Both the position numbers and the translations under genes were made by a program. The notes beneath the pieces were generated by a model. That model searched no databases. It had not been told where the DNA came from and saw nothing but the letters and a program-made list of their open reading frames with translations. From Octopus sinensis (taxonomy: Eukaryota), in NCBI RefSeq assembly GCF_006345805.1, contig NC_043009.1, positions 39,680,001 to 39,744,000 on the forward strand: DNA of 64,000 nt, written 5' to 3'. Positions within the stretch are counted from its first letter, which is position 1, and each line of letters opens with the position of its first letter. Below, one piece after another: positions 41,992 through 53,977 of this stretch.

Positions 41992-42036
<45 letters not shown>

Positions 42037-42136
42037 CTATATATATATATTATATATATAATATATATATGATATATATATATATATAGAGTATATATAT
42101 AGTATATAGATATATATATATATGTATATATATATG

Positions 42137-42167
<31 letters not shown>

Positions 42168-42209
42168 TGATATATATATGTATATTAATATATATGTATA
42201 TATATATAG

Positions 42210-42250
<41 letters not shown>

Positions 42251-42261
42251 GGATATATTAT

Positions 42262-42297
<36 letters not shown>

Positions 42298-42303
42298 ATA
42301 TAT

Positions 42304-42342
<39 letters not shown>

Positions 42343-42443
42343 GTGTATATATATATATATGTGTATATATATATATATTGATATATATATAATATGTATG
42401 ATATATATATATAATGTAATATATATATAGTATATATATATAG

Positions 42444-42518
<75 letters not shown>

Positions 42519-42586
42519 TATATATATATATGTATATATATATATATGTGTATATATATTATATATGTGTATATATATATATTATG

Positions 42587-42622
<36 letters not shown>

Positions 42623-42730
42623 TATGTATGTATATAATATATGTATTATATATATATATGATATATATATATATATATGTATATTATATATTATATATAT
42701 ATGTATATATATATATATATGTATATAATA
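41340..42730. repeat. ~1.4-kb degenerate (TA)n tract
   Basis: Direct reading; many single-base interruptions. Confidence 0.9.
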
Positions 42731-42917
42731 TATAAAAATATTAGGGAATAAATCCAAATTTACAGGGAAAAAAAATCAGATTTAGGATTAAATCCAATTT
42801 TATGAAAATATTATAAAAATTATTAGAGACAAAACCACTATTTTGGCAAAACAAACAAAAGGAAAGACTTAATCAATACAAAAAATTACATAAAATAAAA
42901 TAGTCAAAAAAAACCCG

Positions 42918-42960
42918 CCACTACAATCGTTTCTTGTCTTGATCGACAATCTTCAGGTGG
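42918..42960 (-). ncRNA. Minimal type-I hammerhead motif
   Basis: Minus strand: CCAC-CTGAAGA-TTGTC/GATCAA/GACAA-GAAAC-GATT-GTA^GTGG. Confidence 0.85.
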
Positions 42961-43382
42961 ACTTCCAATCTAAAAAATCAAATTTTAAAAATATAAAAAA
43001 TAATTTTAAATAATTAAAGTATAAATGAAAAAAATATAAGTATATAATCCATATATAACCTATATATAATCCATATCGAAAATATAGACAAATTACCACG
43101 AATTCCCTAAAAAAAACATGATAAAACAAAACTCTTAAAAACATATAACGATAAAATCTCCCTTTGCTAAACTCTAAAACAAACCTATATAGTAATCCCC
43201 CTAACTAAACATTCACACACAAATATGTTTTTTTTTAGGTATTCGTGGTAATTGTCTATACTTTCGATATGGATTATATATAGGTTATATAGGATTATAT
43301 ACTTATATTTTTTCATTTATACTTTAATTATTTAAAATTATTATTTTTATATTTTAAAATTTTGATTTTTTAGATTGGAAGT

Positions 43383-43424
43383 CCACCTGAAGATGTCGAT
43401 CAAGACAAGAAATGATTGTAGTGG
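43383..43424 (+). ncRNA. Minimal type-I hammerhead motif (slightly imperfect)
   Basis: CCAC-CTGAAGA-TGTC/GATCAA/GACA-A-GAAAT-GATT-GTA^GTGG. Confidence 0.7.
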
Positions 43425-43605
43425 CGGGTTTTTTGACTATTTATTAAAATTTTATGTATTGATTAAGTCTTCCTTGTTTGTTTGCAAAATAGTGGTTTTG
43501 TCTCTAATAATATTTTATATGTATATATATATATGTATATATATATATGTATATATATATGTATATTATATATGTATATATATATATGTATGTATATATA
43601 TTATA

Positions 43606-43650
<45 letters not shown>

Positions 43651-43801
43651 GACGGGTGTGTCATTCTGATGGTTCAAGGGAATAGTTTCCTTGATGAAAT
43701 GTGTGTGAAATAGTGATCATATAGCTAAGAGATAGAGTGTTTGTCCTGCTACAATCGTGATAGCTTATCTATCCTATTCAAATCAATTAGCAACTATAAT
43801 A

Positions 43802-43893
<92 letters not shown>

Positions 43894-43934
43894 GAAAGAA
43901 TGGAGTTGAACGACGAATTAACAAAATCCCTTTA

Positions 43935-44016
43935 TTTTCGACATATGTTTCGAAGGCTGCATATTCCTAATTCGAAGGAATAAGTGGTGCATTATGCCGC
44001 CTTCTCATCAGGAAAA
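43935..44016 (-). ncRNA. Type-I hammerhead motif with extended stem II
   Basis: Minus strand: TTTTC-CTGATGA-GAAGGC...GCCTTC-GAAAC-ATAT-GTC^GAAAA; stem III ACATATGT is a perfect palindrome. Confidence 0.9.
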
Positions 44017-44074
44017 AGTGTGAGCAGTCATCTAAACGTTTTTATGCATCTTGATGCTGACATAAGTTTCTTAT

Positions 44075-44157
44075 TTTTCCTGATGAGAAGGCGGCATAAT
44101 GCACCCCTTATTCCTTCGAAATTAGGAATATGCAGCCTTCGAAACATACGTCGAAAA
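44075..44157 (+). ncRNA. Type-I hammerhead motif with extended stem II
   Basis: TTTTC-CTGATGA-GAAGGC...TATTCCT/AGGAATA...GCCTTC-GAAAC-ATAC-GTC^GAAAA; predicted cut after 44152. Confidence 0.9.
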
Positions 44158-44354
44158 TAAAGGAATTTTGTTAATTCGTCGTTCAACTCCATTCTTTCAT
44201 TTATTTGTATTTAAAAAAACACACAAATTTCCACACGAAAGCACGTGATCTCTGCCCTAGGCATGTAGCTTCAAGCGTGTTTTTCTGACGTGAATTTACT
44301 ACCCAGGTATGGTTAACCGAATTATCCATAATAAGATAATTCATTCAACTACTT

Positions 44355-44423
<69 letters not shown>

Positions 44424-45129
44424 ATATATATATATATATAATACACATATATATATGTATCATATAATATATACACACATACAGGTATCTGTGTGTATAC
44501 ATATTTTCATAAGGGGAAGTAGTAGGTCTTGCACGTATATTTCTACCAACTATATTTACAGATATTTTCATAATTACATAGGTTTGTAAAGGTACTGGCA
44601 TCCACCAATAATGTATAGTTATTAAATTTTCTGGCTACCGTTCATTTAGTTGTTGCTTCAGCCCGAGATGAAATTGTCTTTTGCCGTACATACGCATAAT
44701 AGCAATTAAAATTGTTGTGCACGTGTACAATAGATTTGAATATACTCTGATACGTAATCAAATTTCATTCAATCCGCACAAATCAAATTTCTATTCTTTA
44801 TTTTCAACATCATATAAGTTATAAGGAAATTAGAAATTAACGTTAATAGCATTAGTTTTCTGCTGAGAGAAATAAATGTTTACGATTCATGGATATACTG
44901 ATATATATACGTAAACACACACACCTATATATATATATATATATAAAATGATGGTATGTTCTGTTAAGAACGTAGTAGAGTACAGTATAAAGCTCGTCTA
45001 CCTTCAGATTTACTATATTTACATATTACCAGAGGAAACACACTAGATCTCATAAAGCAGAAACAATTGTAGTAAATGCTCAACCATACTCCTCGTTGAA
45101 TCCAATTCTTTCAATTACACACATGTATA

Positions 45130-45463
45130 TTGTTTCCCAACCACATGCTTTCGGGTTCAATCCAACTGCGTGGCACCTTCGGCAAGTGTCTTCTACTATA
45201 GCCTCCGGCCGACCAAAGCCTTGTGAGTGGATTTCGTAGACGGAAACTGAAAGAAACCTGTCATGCAAATATATTTATATGTGTATGTGTATGTTTGTGT
45301 GTGTGTGTTTGACCTCCCACCATCGCTTGACAACCGATGTTGGTGTGTTCACAACTCCGTAACTTAGTAGTTCGGTAAAAGAAAACGATATTACTAGGCT
45401 TACAAAAAAATAATCTTGGGGTCGATTTCTTCGACTAAAGGCGGTGCTCTACCATGACCGCAG

Positions 45464-45467
<4 letters not shown>
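45130..45467 (+). mobile_element. Family C SINE
   Basis: CTTCCCAACCACATG...GTGGCACCTTCGGCAAGTGTCTT...CATGACCGCAGTCA. Confidence 0.85.
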
Positions 45468-45499
<32 letters not shown>

Positions 45500-45510
45500 C
45501 TGTATATAAC

Positions 45511-45866
45511 ATATACCATAATGATATTTAATCTCCGATTTTAAAGCGCCAATGTTTAAATATAAATAAATGACCGAAAAATGATGAGCCAACCTCAGTC
45601 TGAATCGAACCCATAAATGGTAGCTGTCAAGGTTCCTTGCGAACCTGATTGTTTATAAAATTATTATTTATGTAGTTTAAGTATATATTAACTAAATTTG
45701 ACTGAAATTGATGGGTGAGCGTTTGGCCAGTCAGATTCGCAAGTAGCCATGACAGCTACGATTTGTGGTTCGATTCAGCCTGAGGTTAGCTCATCATTTT
45801 TCGGTCATTTGTTTATATTTAAAATTTGTCGCCTTAAAATCGGAGAATGAATATCATTATGATATA
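45511..45866. mobile_element. Head-to-head inverted repeat (IR3), ~140-bp arms, with B-box-like motif
   Basis: Arms 45511-45651 and 45728-45866; GGTTCGATTC reads outward in each arm. Confidence 0.8.
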
Positions 45867-47274
45867 TATTATGTACAGTTATTATACTAGGAGCCTTCCA
45901 CGGTAGTTTTCTCTCCGTAACTCGCAAAGACTTTGAGAATTGTTCCTTAGTTTCTGACATCGCAAAATTCGACGAACAGGGGAGAAGCACTGCAAAACAA
46001 AGATGCATCACTTAACATAGCGACGCCGGTCGGCAGATTGATGTTTGAGGGTTGCATCAAGTGGCTTCTAGCGGTGGAGCCTGAACTACAACGGTTTTAT
46101 ACCACAGAAAATTTGTCTAGCTATGCGACTCAAACCTATATCTTTTGATATTACTCCGGCCAACTGCTTTACCATTAAGATAAACTGCCCTCCGACAAAT
46201 GAAGCCGCTTTTTAGACGCTTTTAAAGCTAAATGTGCAACCACGTGTATATAAATACAAGCGAACTAATATTTGTTTCTCATAAGCGCCGAAATGTGAAT
46301 GGATTTGGTAGACAGAAACTGAAAGAAGCCTGCTGTGTAAATATATATAGATATATCCACGTATGTTGATTTTAACCATAAGTTTCGTGCTATTCATTCA
46401 AATTCTTTCGATATCCAAAGATCTCGTTCAAAAAAAGAGATTGTTTTAATCTTAAACAATCATCGTTTTCAGCTCTTGTTCCTTACATTTTTAAAACAGA
46501 TATACATCAAAGTTATAGATATCACACAAGTATTCTTAATACTTTCGCTGAATCTCTGTATGACTTGTCTGTGTAATACTTTGTTTCAACATCGTTTTCT
46601 TTTTAATAATAATAATACATGACAGTAAGTAACGACTTTTTTCTTCAGAAAATAAAAATGTAACGAAAAAAACAACATATCAAAAAATTTTTAATGAAGT
46701 TTAACTATAAACTGGAAAATGTATATACCCGCGAAATTGAAGTGGATCACGCGGTTCCAAACTAAACACATACATGAAAGCTTTCCTTTTCGAAGTACAT
46801 ACATATTAAATTTAATTTCCGGTTGGTGGCATGTTCACAACCCGTGCGAAATCAGTTACGCTAGCAATATTTCCTCGAGGCAATTAGAAGCTGTAAGTAA
46901 CTCCAAAGAAAGCAAGATCCGGAAATGATTTTAATAACCAAGATGTAGTTAAGTTACAGAGGAGCAGCATTGGTTAAATGAATGGATGTACAGAAACTAC
47001 AAAGATAATCAGCAGTACAGTTAATCAAAACTATCCAGCATCGTTCTCACTTGAATGCGGTTGAAGGCAAATTTATAAGAAAAAGACACCGAAAGTAAAC
47101 GAGTGAGAGAGAAAGGGAGAGGGGGGAATAGGTGGAGAAAGATAAAGCTTGGTCTATAAGGGCGTACAAATTTGTTTGATGGACGAAATTGAAATAAAGC
47201 AAGTTCGAGATACAGATAGGTAGGTAAGCAGATGAACTGAGGAATGAACTGACAGATGGATCTCTCTCTCTCTC

Positions 47275-47336
<62 letters not shown>

Positions 47337-47377
47337 ATCTTTATATTAACCTATATATATACATATGTATCTATATG

Positions 47378-47411
<34 letters not shown>

Positions 47412-47443
47412 TACATATGTATTTATATATGTATATATATATG

Positions 47444-47483
<40 letters not shown>

Positions 47484-47575
47484 TATATGCATATATATGT
47501 ATATATGCGCATACATATATAAATATATATACAATTACAAACTATATATATATGTGTGTATGAGTGCGAGCATAT

Positions 47576-48185
47576 AGTTTATTTCTAGACTGTAATAGTT
47601 TCATAAATTCAGTTATGCATAGTAAACACGTTTTATTCCTAATATTATAGGAGTGGGCTCTACCTATGATATTTATATTACGGGTGTACTCCCTTTTTCT
47701 AGATTTTAATTCCCATATATATTTACTTAAGCTTTTATACTTACTTTAATTGGGATTTTTAAAGGTCTGGTAGTGTTGGGATATTCTCTTTTAAATTTCA
47801 TTAGATGTTGATCCAATATAAGCCTTTATCTATAATTTTATAATTATTGTTCTTAGAGCTAAATATATTCTTATAAATTACATTAACAATATTACAATTA
47901 TTAGAAAGCTTACATTTAGTCTTATTATGACATGAATATTTTTCTATATGTTGATTAAATCTTATATCACTATCGTTTATATTATAGCTAGAGCTATTAT
48001 TTATTATGCTATTATAATAATTATTTAATTTCTTATTATTTATAGAGGAAATGATTTTGCCTACATTTCTCGATATATTTCTTGAGTATCCCACTCTTAT
48101 GATTTTATTGGAAAATATACCAGCTGGAAATTTTCGTTATATCCTTTAAATATTATTTCGTGATGTGAAAACTGATACCATGAGT
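47576..48185 (-). mobile_element. Penelope-like element ORF C-terminus (GIY-YIG endonuclease), pseudogenised
   Basis: IFSNKIIRVGYSRN...IISSINNK...CKLSNNCNIVNVIYK...(frameshift)AYIGSTSNEI*KRISQH...SLSKYIWELK...RAHSYNIRNKTCLLC matches the Penelope/Poseidon linker plus VIY-YIG pattern. Confidence 0.88.
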
Positions 48186-48464
48186 TTACTGTAAGATATA
48201 CTTATAAGGTTATTTTTGTATTTTCTGAAATATAATACCCGCATATCGATTAATCCCCCAAAATTGAATATTGACTTTTATCAGATACTTGCATATTCAT
48301 AGATAAATGTATAAATATACGATAAATAAATGTATAAATATACGATAAATAAACCCCAAAGTACGATATGTAGATGCATATAACGCTGTAGGGTTACACC
48401 TGATTGATTTAGAAATGAGATAAAAAAACCAAGGCTGTGAAGATTTTAGAACATTTATAAATAT

Positions 48465-48512
48465 GTCTTACAGCTGTTTCCGGGACATTTATTATATCCC
48501 TTCATCTGAGAC
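48465..48512 (-). ncRNA. Variant minimal hammerhead motif
   Basis: Minus strand: GTCT-CAGATGA-A-GGGATAT/ATGTCCC-G-GAAAC-AGCT-GTA^AGAC; palindromic ACAGCTGT. Confidence 0.65.
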
Positions 48513-48700
48513 GGTGTGAGAAAATGGTTAAACAATAGTTAATTTAGATAAGATATGAAATAGAGAGTGAAGTGAAGGAATAAAACTAGATGTGAGATAT
48601 GCAGGAATATTGCATTTGTAGATCTATTTTCATTTCTCCACTTCACCATCTACTTCATATCTTATCTAAATTAACTATTGCTTATCCATTTTCTCACACC

Positions 48701-48747
48701 AACTCCGATGAAGGGATACAATACATATCTCGAAACAGCTGTAAGCC
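48701..48747 (+). ncRNA. Variant minimal hammerhead motif
   Basis: CT-CCGATGA-A-GGGATA/TATCTC-GAAAC-AGCT-GTA^AG; stem I eroded. Confidence 0.55.
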
Positions 48748-48962
48748 CTTCTATTTATAAATGTTCTAACATCTTCACAGCTTTGGTTTTTTTTTTTCTC
48801 TTTCTGAAATTTTTTTTATATATACACATGCTGATATATGACATACGTTGCACTCCTTATTCCCATAATCACCGAACCTGGAGCTTAACTATGGTCTGTC
48901 CATAGCACTTACTCAGCATTACCTGACACCTTTGGGTCTTATTGACCACTTTACCTCTCATA

Positions 48963-49018
<56 letters not shown>

Positions 49019-49979
49019 TATATATATATATATATATAGATATAATATATAATATATATTATATATATGCTTGGAGTCGCATGCATATTCAAGGAGATAG
49101 ATAAATAGACAAACACATAGATAGATAGGTAGATAGAGAGATAGAGAGTTAGAGGGATAGATAGATAGATAGATAGAGGGAGAGGGAGAGAGAAATACAG
49201 AGATATGTATGTATGTAAGTTGAGAGGTAGGTAGGTAGGTAGGTAGGTACGTACGTACGTACGTGTGTACGTATGTAGGTAGTCAGGTAGGTATGTAGGT
49301 AGGTAGTTATGTAGGTAGAGAGATACATACAAATGCAGGTTCGCTAAGTGGATTATTACGCATACATACCTGTACATGCACTCATATAAGTATGTACACA
49401 AGCACACATTCACATAGTGAGATAAAGAGAGAGAGTGAGAGAGAGAGAAGGGGTGCAACACAACTAAATGAATGAGGATAGATAGATCAATAGAAGGATA
49501 CATTGGTTGATACATAGGTAAATAGATAAGTGGGAATGAAGGTAGTAAATAAGTAATTGGTAGACACATACATAATAGACAAACATACAGATATAGCGGT
49601 AAATAAATCTGCTTAGTGGTTCTTATGAGGAAAACTACGACATATCTAACCGAACTAAAAAATGCAAAATTCATATTTTCGATATTTCCTCAGAATTTGT
49701 ATGATTGTAAATATTGTGATTGCAGACAATGTGCTTGTAGATATTGTTCTTCTATTGTAAACAATGGTACGCAGGAAAATTTGTCTTGCGAAAATGTTTG
49801 AAAAAATTCGTATGTAATCTGTGAAATGCACGACAACAATTGCGGTAAAGAATTTAATTTTCGTACTAGATTATTCAAATGGAATTGTAATATATGTGTA
49901 TATGTAATATGTACAAACATATATCTTATATATTATAGCACATTATAATATAGTATAGTGTTTGCATGTATATTTAATA

Positions 49980-50066
<87 letters not shown>

Positions 50067-50225
50067 AAATACAAAATGGGACAGAACGCAAAACATCCAG
50101 ACAGTTAGGTGATACAAGGGACAACAAAACATCCAGATATATACATACACACATAAAATATATATACATACATAAGCATGTACATACATAAATACATGCA
50201 TATTTATAAAAATACAAATACATAC

Positions 50226-50298
<73 letters not shown>

Positions 50299-51419
50299 TG
50301 TATGTATATGCATATACGTTAATCAAGAAAATTTACACGTCCAGACTAACTCACGGGAGTGATAAAAGTGCGTTTCCTTTCTTTCTCTCTCTTGCTTAAT
50401 ATAGAGTGTGTATATAGCACGGCAACGAGTCAAATTCTGTTGAGCGTATCCATGTCCTATCTAATCATTGGAAAAGATAGAAAATGAAAACAAATTCCAG
50501 TAATATATTATTTTGAACTAAATGGATGAAACCATTAGTCATGAGATGGATTCCTACAAAAACAAGGGAAGATGAAAATTGAATTCATTTCTACTAATAA
50601 ATTTGTATTGATTCAACGATTAGGCGTGTCTGGATATCTACGTATACTCTGTTCGTCTACGCATTGTCTGATTGTTGTCTGCTCTCCTGATTGATATCTA
50701 GTAAATGAACTTCGACTATTTATTTATTTACTTACTTATTTATTTATTCAGTTATTCTTCATTTAAACAATTATTGTAATATATTTCACAAAGCTGTAAT
50801 TTTTAGTCCATACTATTTTTGCTTTATGTTGATAAATTATAAAATTATAAAAAGACGTATTATATATACAACTTCGTCAGGAGGAAGGGCGGTCCTATGA
50901 GCATTTATAGGGTGATATGATGATGTCCTTCGAACAGAAATCTGACGTGAATGCTTGCAAATGAATGGACTCCGCTAAATGCTCACAAAAACAATATAAT
51001 GGTATTAAACCGGACGCCTGTTTAAGTCTACCACCCATGCATATGATGTTGAAATTTGAGCTCACTCTTCAGAGAGCTGAATCTAATACTGTAAGGAATC
51101 TCTCAAGCTCTAACGTTTCCGATAGTCCCACAAAATTAAAAGCAATGTTTACCTTTGCGATATTTGAAATTAGAATCAAACATGCTTCAATGAATAACTA
51201 GAAGTATTTCGCACAACGTCTTAACCACTTCGCTTATTCGTACATTATTTATAATATAATCCTTTCTGACAAAACATACATATAAAAAAAATCCTACATC
51301 AAATTGGTTTCCATTTTGAATAAGTCATATGCAAGAAGAAATCGAAATTTGACACTGAACAGCAAAATTATTTATTATTTAATATTTCAAAAAATCTTTT
51401 TGGACTTGAAGGACATTCG

Positions 51420-51463
51420 ACTTTATGATTTTTGCACCTGACTGTTTTTAGCACCCCACTGTA
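51420..51463. mobile_element. Possible solo Tc1-like terminal inverted repeat end
   Basis: ...TTTTTAGCACCCCACTG|TA; no partner TIR found. Confidence 0.3.
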
Positions 51464-51779
51464 TATTAATGTTTGTTTTGATGTCGAATTATAATAAAAA
51501 CTATTTGACATTAAATTGAAGAATTACTCGATACGCTTTTTAGAATGCATATTATCGTTTAACAAGAAGAGGGGTGACAATGATAGTCCCAGAAAGATTA
51601 CCAGGCTGAAACTTAAATGATTCTGTCACCCCACTTCTCGCAAAAGTATAACATATATACATATAATACACGCGCGCACACACGAGCACACAAACACACA
51701 CACATACATACATACATACATACATACATACATACATACATACATACATACATACACACGCACACACACACACATACAC

Positions 51780-51844
<65 letters not shown>

Positions 51845-52870
51845 GTTCGGGTAAAGTTCTTCTAGAGGAGGTATGAAAAAATTTACTTCACTAACATCCA
51901 TACAACGACGATCGTTTCGCAGCCTTTTTCATATAAACATATTATTTTATTGTTTAATTAATGAATAAATAATATATTCTTTTATATCCCTTTATTAATG
52001 TATATAATATAAATTATATAATTTATATATTACTACAGCTATAAAAAGTTGCTCATTAGGTCAATGACTACCACAATCACTCTATTTTCCTTTCATCGCA
52101 AGCAATGAAATATTTTTTTTTCATTTTTAAACCACTTCTCTTTCTTTCATTATATATATATATTTATATTAACTAGATTGAGTATTAGCTTTTCAAAAAA
52201 CCTCACCGAAGGCTCTCAGATATTTTCTTTCTCCAGTATTTCTATCGCACTGACGTTAAGTAGACAGCTGACTTCAACTACTAATATTATTTTTTTCATT
52301 TTCTATTTTATCAATCCAAATGAACAATGTCAGGTCGGGTATGTTTTAATTAGTTTGCTGTTTATAGTCTTATTTTACACCGATATTTAATGGATCTAGT
52401 GTTCTGAGTATGTTCTTCATTTGTTGATATTTTTTTATTTCCTATTCTGTTCCAGAATAATTTCGCAGCCACATTTTGACTTATGGTTTAGAATGTGGGT
52501 AATATCCTCAGGGCTTCTAGTAATTAATTTCTCGAGGTTGACAGTGACGGCTGATATCTTCTGTTTAGATTTTGCATAGCTTGAATTTGTCTTCAGTTGT
52601 TGTTTTCTCTCTCTGGGTTAGACGACATTTAGGTGGGTGCCGAGTTTCTCTTTCTCCTCAGTTTCATGGAATAATCTGTCAAGGAACACCGAGCCAAGCC
52701 AGAGATTTTAAAGGGTAATATTACCTCTGTGGTCTCTATCTTTCTTTTCAAGTCCCCAGGTACAGCAATGTTGCTACTCTATTTCATGATGAGTTAGCCA
52801 TAATTTCCAAAGTTCTTTAGATAGACATGTGTTTGTACGTGTGTGTGTATGTGTATCTAATAAGGAACAT

Positions 52871-52912
<42 letters not shown>

Positions 52913-53093
52913 TTTCTACTTTTGGAACTTGATCTTGTAGCACCTATAAATTTATAATTAACAGCATGTAAATAATGGATGGAAAATCACTTTGGAATAG
53001 AAAAAGGTGAATGAATATGTACTTTGAGATGCAGTTCCTAGAAAAAAAGAATATTTCATGTTCTCTCGAAAGTTTATAATTCTTATGACGTTT

Positions 53094-53138
<45 letters not shown>

Positions 53139-53144
53139 CTTAAT

Positions 53145-53265
53145 TTTCTTCTCACACCGTCTCCGATGAAGGGATATTATTCATTAATATCCTAGAAACA
53201 GCAGTAAGATCTTCTATCTATAACTGCTCTAATATCTATACAGCCTTGGTTTTTTATCTTATTAC
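53145..53265 (+). mobile_element. Solo PLE-type terminal repeat with variant hammerhead (motif 53159-53210)
   Basis: GTCT-CCGATGA-A-GGGATATTA/TAATATCCT-A-GAAAC-AGCA-GTA^AGAT; homologous to the IR4 arms; flanked by (TA)n. Confidence 0.7.
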
Positions 53266-53504
53266 GCAAAAAATTCTTATATATATATATATATTGAGAG
53301 AGAGAGATGGGGGTGAGTGTGTGTGTGTGTGTGTGAGCTTTACTTAATTGAGTCAACTAGGGCTGATTATCTAACCCAAACATATTTTCCCATTTCTTGT
53401 ACGTAAAGTTAAGCAAAATATTTCATGGGATTTTGCAACCTGTAATTTAGTTCTCTTCACCGTTACGATCCGGGTTTTACAAGATGCTTGCCTTAATTCC
53501 TTCA

Positions 53505-53865
53505 TTGTCTTCAGTCTTTCTACTGCAGCCATGCTGGGGCACCGCCTTGAAAGGTTTTAGTCGAACTAACCGATCTCACTACTTGCTCTATCGGTCTCAT
53601 ACCGAACCGCCAGGTTGCTGAGGTGCAAGCAATCCAACACCAATTGTCAAGTAGTAGTGGGAGTTAAACACAAACACAATGACGCACACAAAGAACACAC
53701 ATGCTTACAAACATACAAACACACACACACACACACAAACACACATATATAGGATGGTCTTCTCTCAGTTTCTGTCTAAGGATATTTACTTAAGGTGAAC
53801 CCGTAGCCATGGAGCTGTGCAACAAACTATGAACCATACGGCCACACCTGCGCTCATACGTGTTG
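53505..53865 (-). mobile_element. Family C SINE, decayed
   Basis: GCAGCCATGCTGGGGCACCGCCTT...CCACACCTGCGC. Confidence 0.7.
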
Positions 53866-53977
53866 AAATTTCTTCGTTCTTACTGCAATTCAGATTTCTC
53901 TTCTCTTATTTACTTCCTATTTAATTTCAAGATCACAGCTGGTGGATAAATTTAATTTATTCTTGATTCTTATTGAC

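Larger units (their letters stand above)
42733..43518. mobile_element. Head-to-head inverted PLE-type terminal repeat (IR1), ~300-bp arms
   Basis: Arms about 42813-43119 and 43225-43518; one HHR motif in each arm. Confidence 0.8.
43888..44204. mobile_element. Head-to-head inverted repeat (IR2), ~130-bp arms, 56-bp spacer
   Basis: Arms 43888-44017 and 44074-44204 are near-identical reverse complements. Confidence 0.88.
48408..48809. mobile_element. Head-to-head inverted PLE-type terminal repeat (IR4), ~185-bp arms
   Basis: Arms about 48408-48591 and 48622-48809, diverged by substitutions; same family as the solo copy at 53145. Confidence 0.85.

Noticed and set aside
42813-48809. Idea that all inverted repeats are sequencing foldback artefacts
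   Set aside because: IR3 and IR4 arms differ by many substitutions, spacers are not adapter-like and IR4 has an independent solo homologue; only IR1 remains somewhat suspect.
51903-51935. Minus-strand GAAAC-GATC-GTC palindromic stem III
   Set aside because: No CUGANGA core or stem II upstream.
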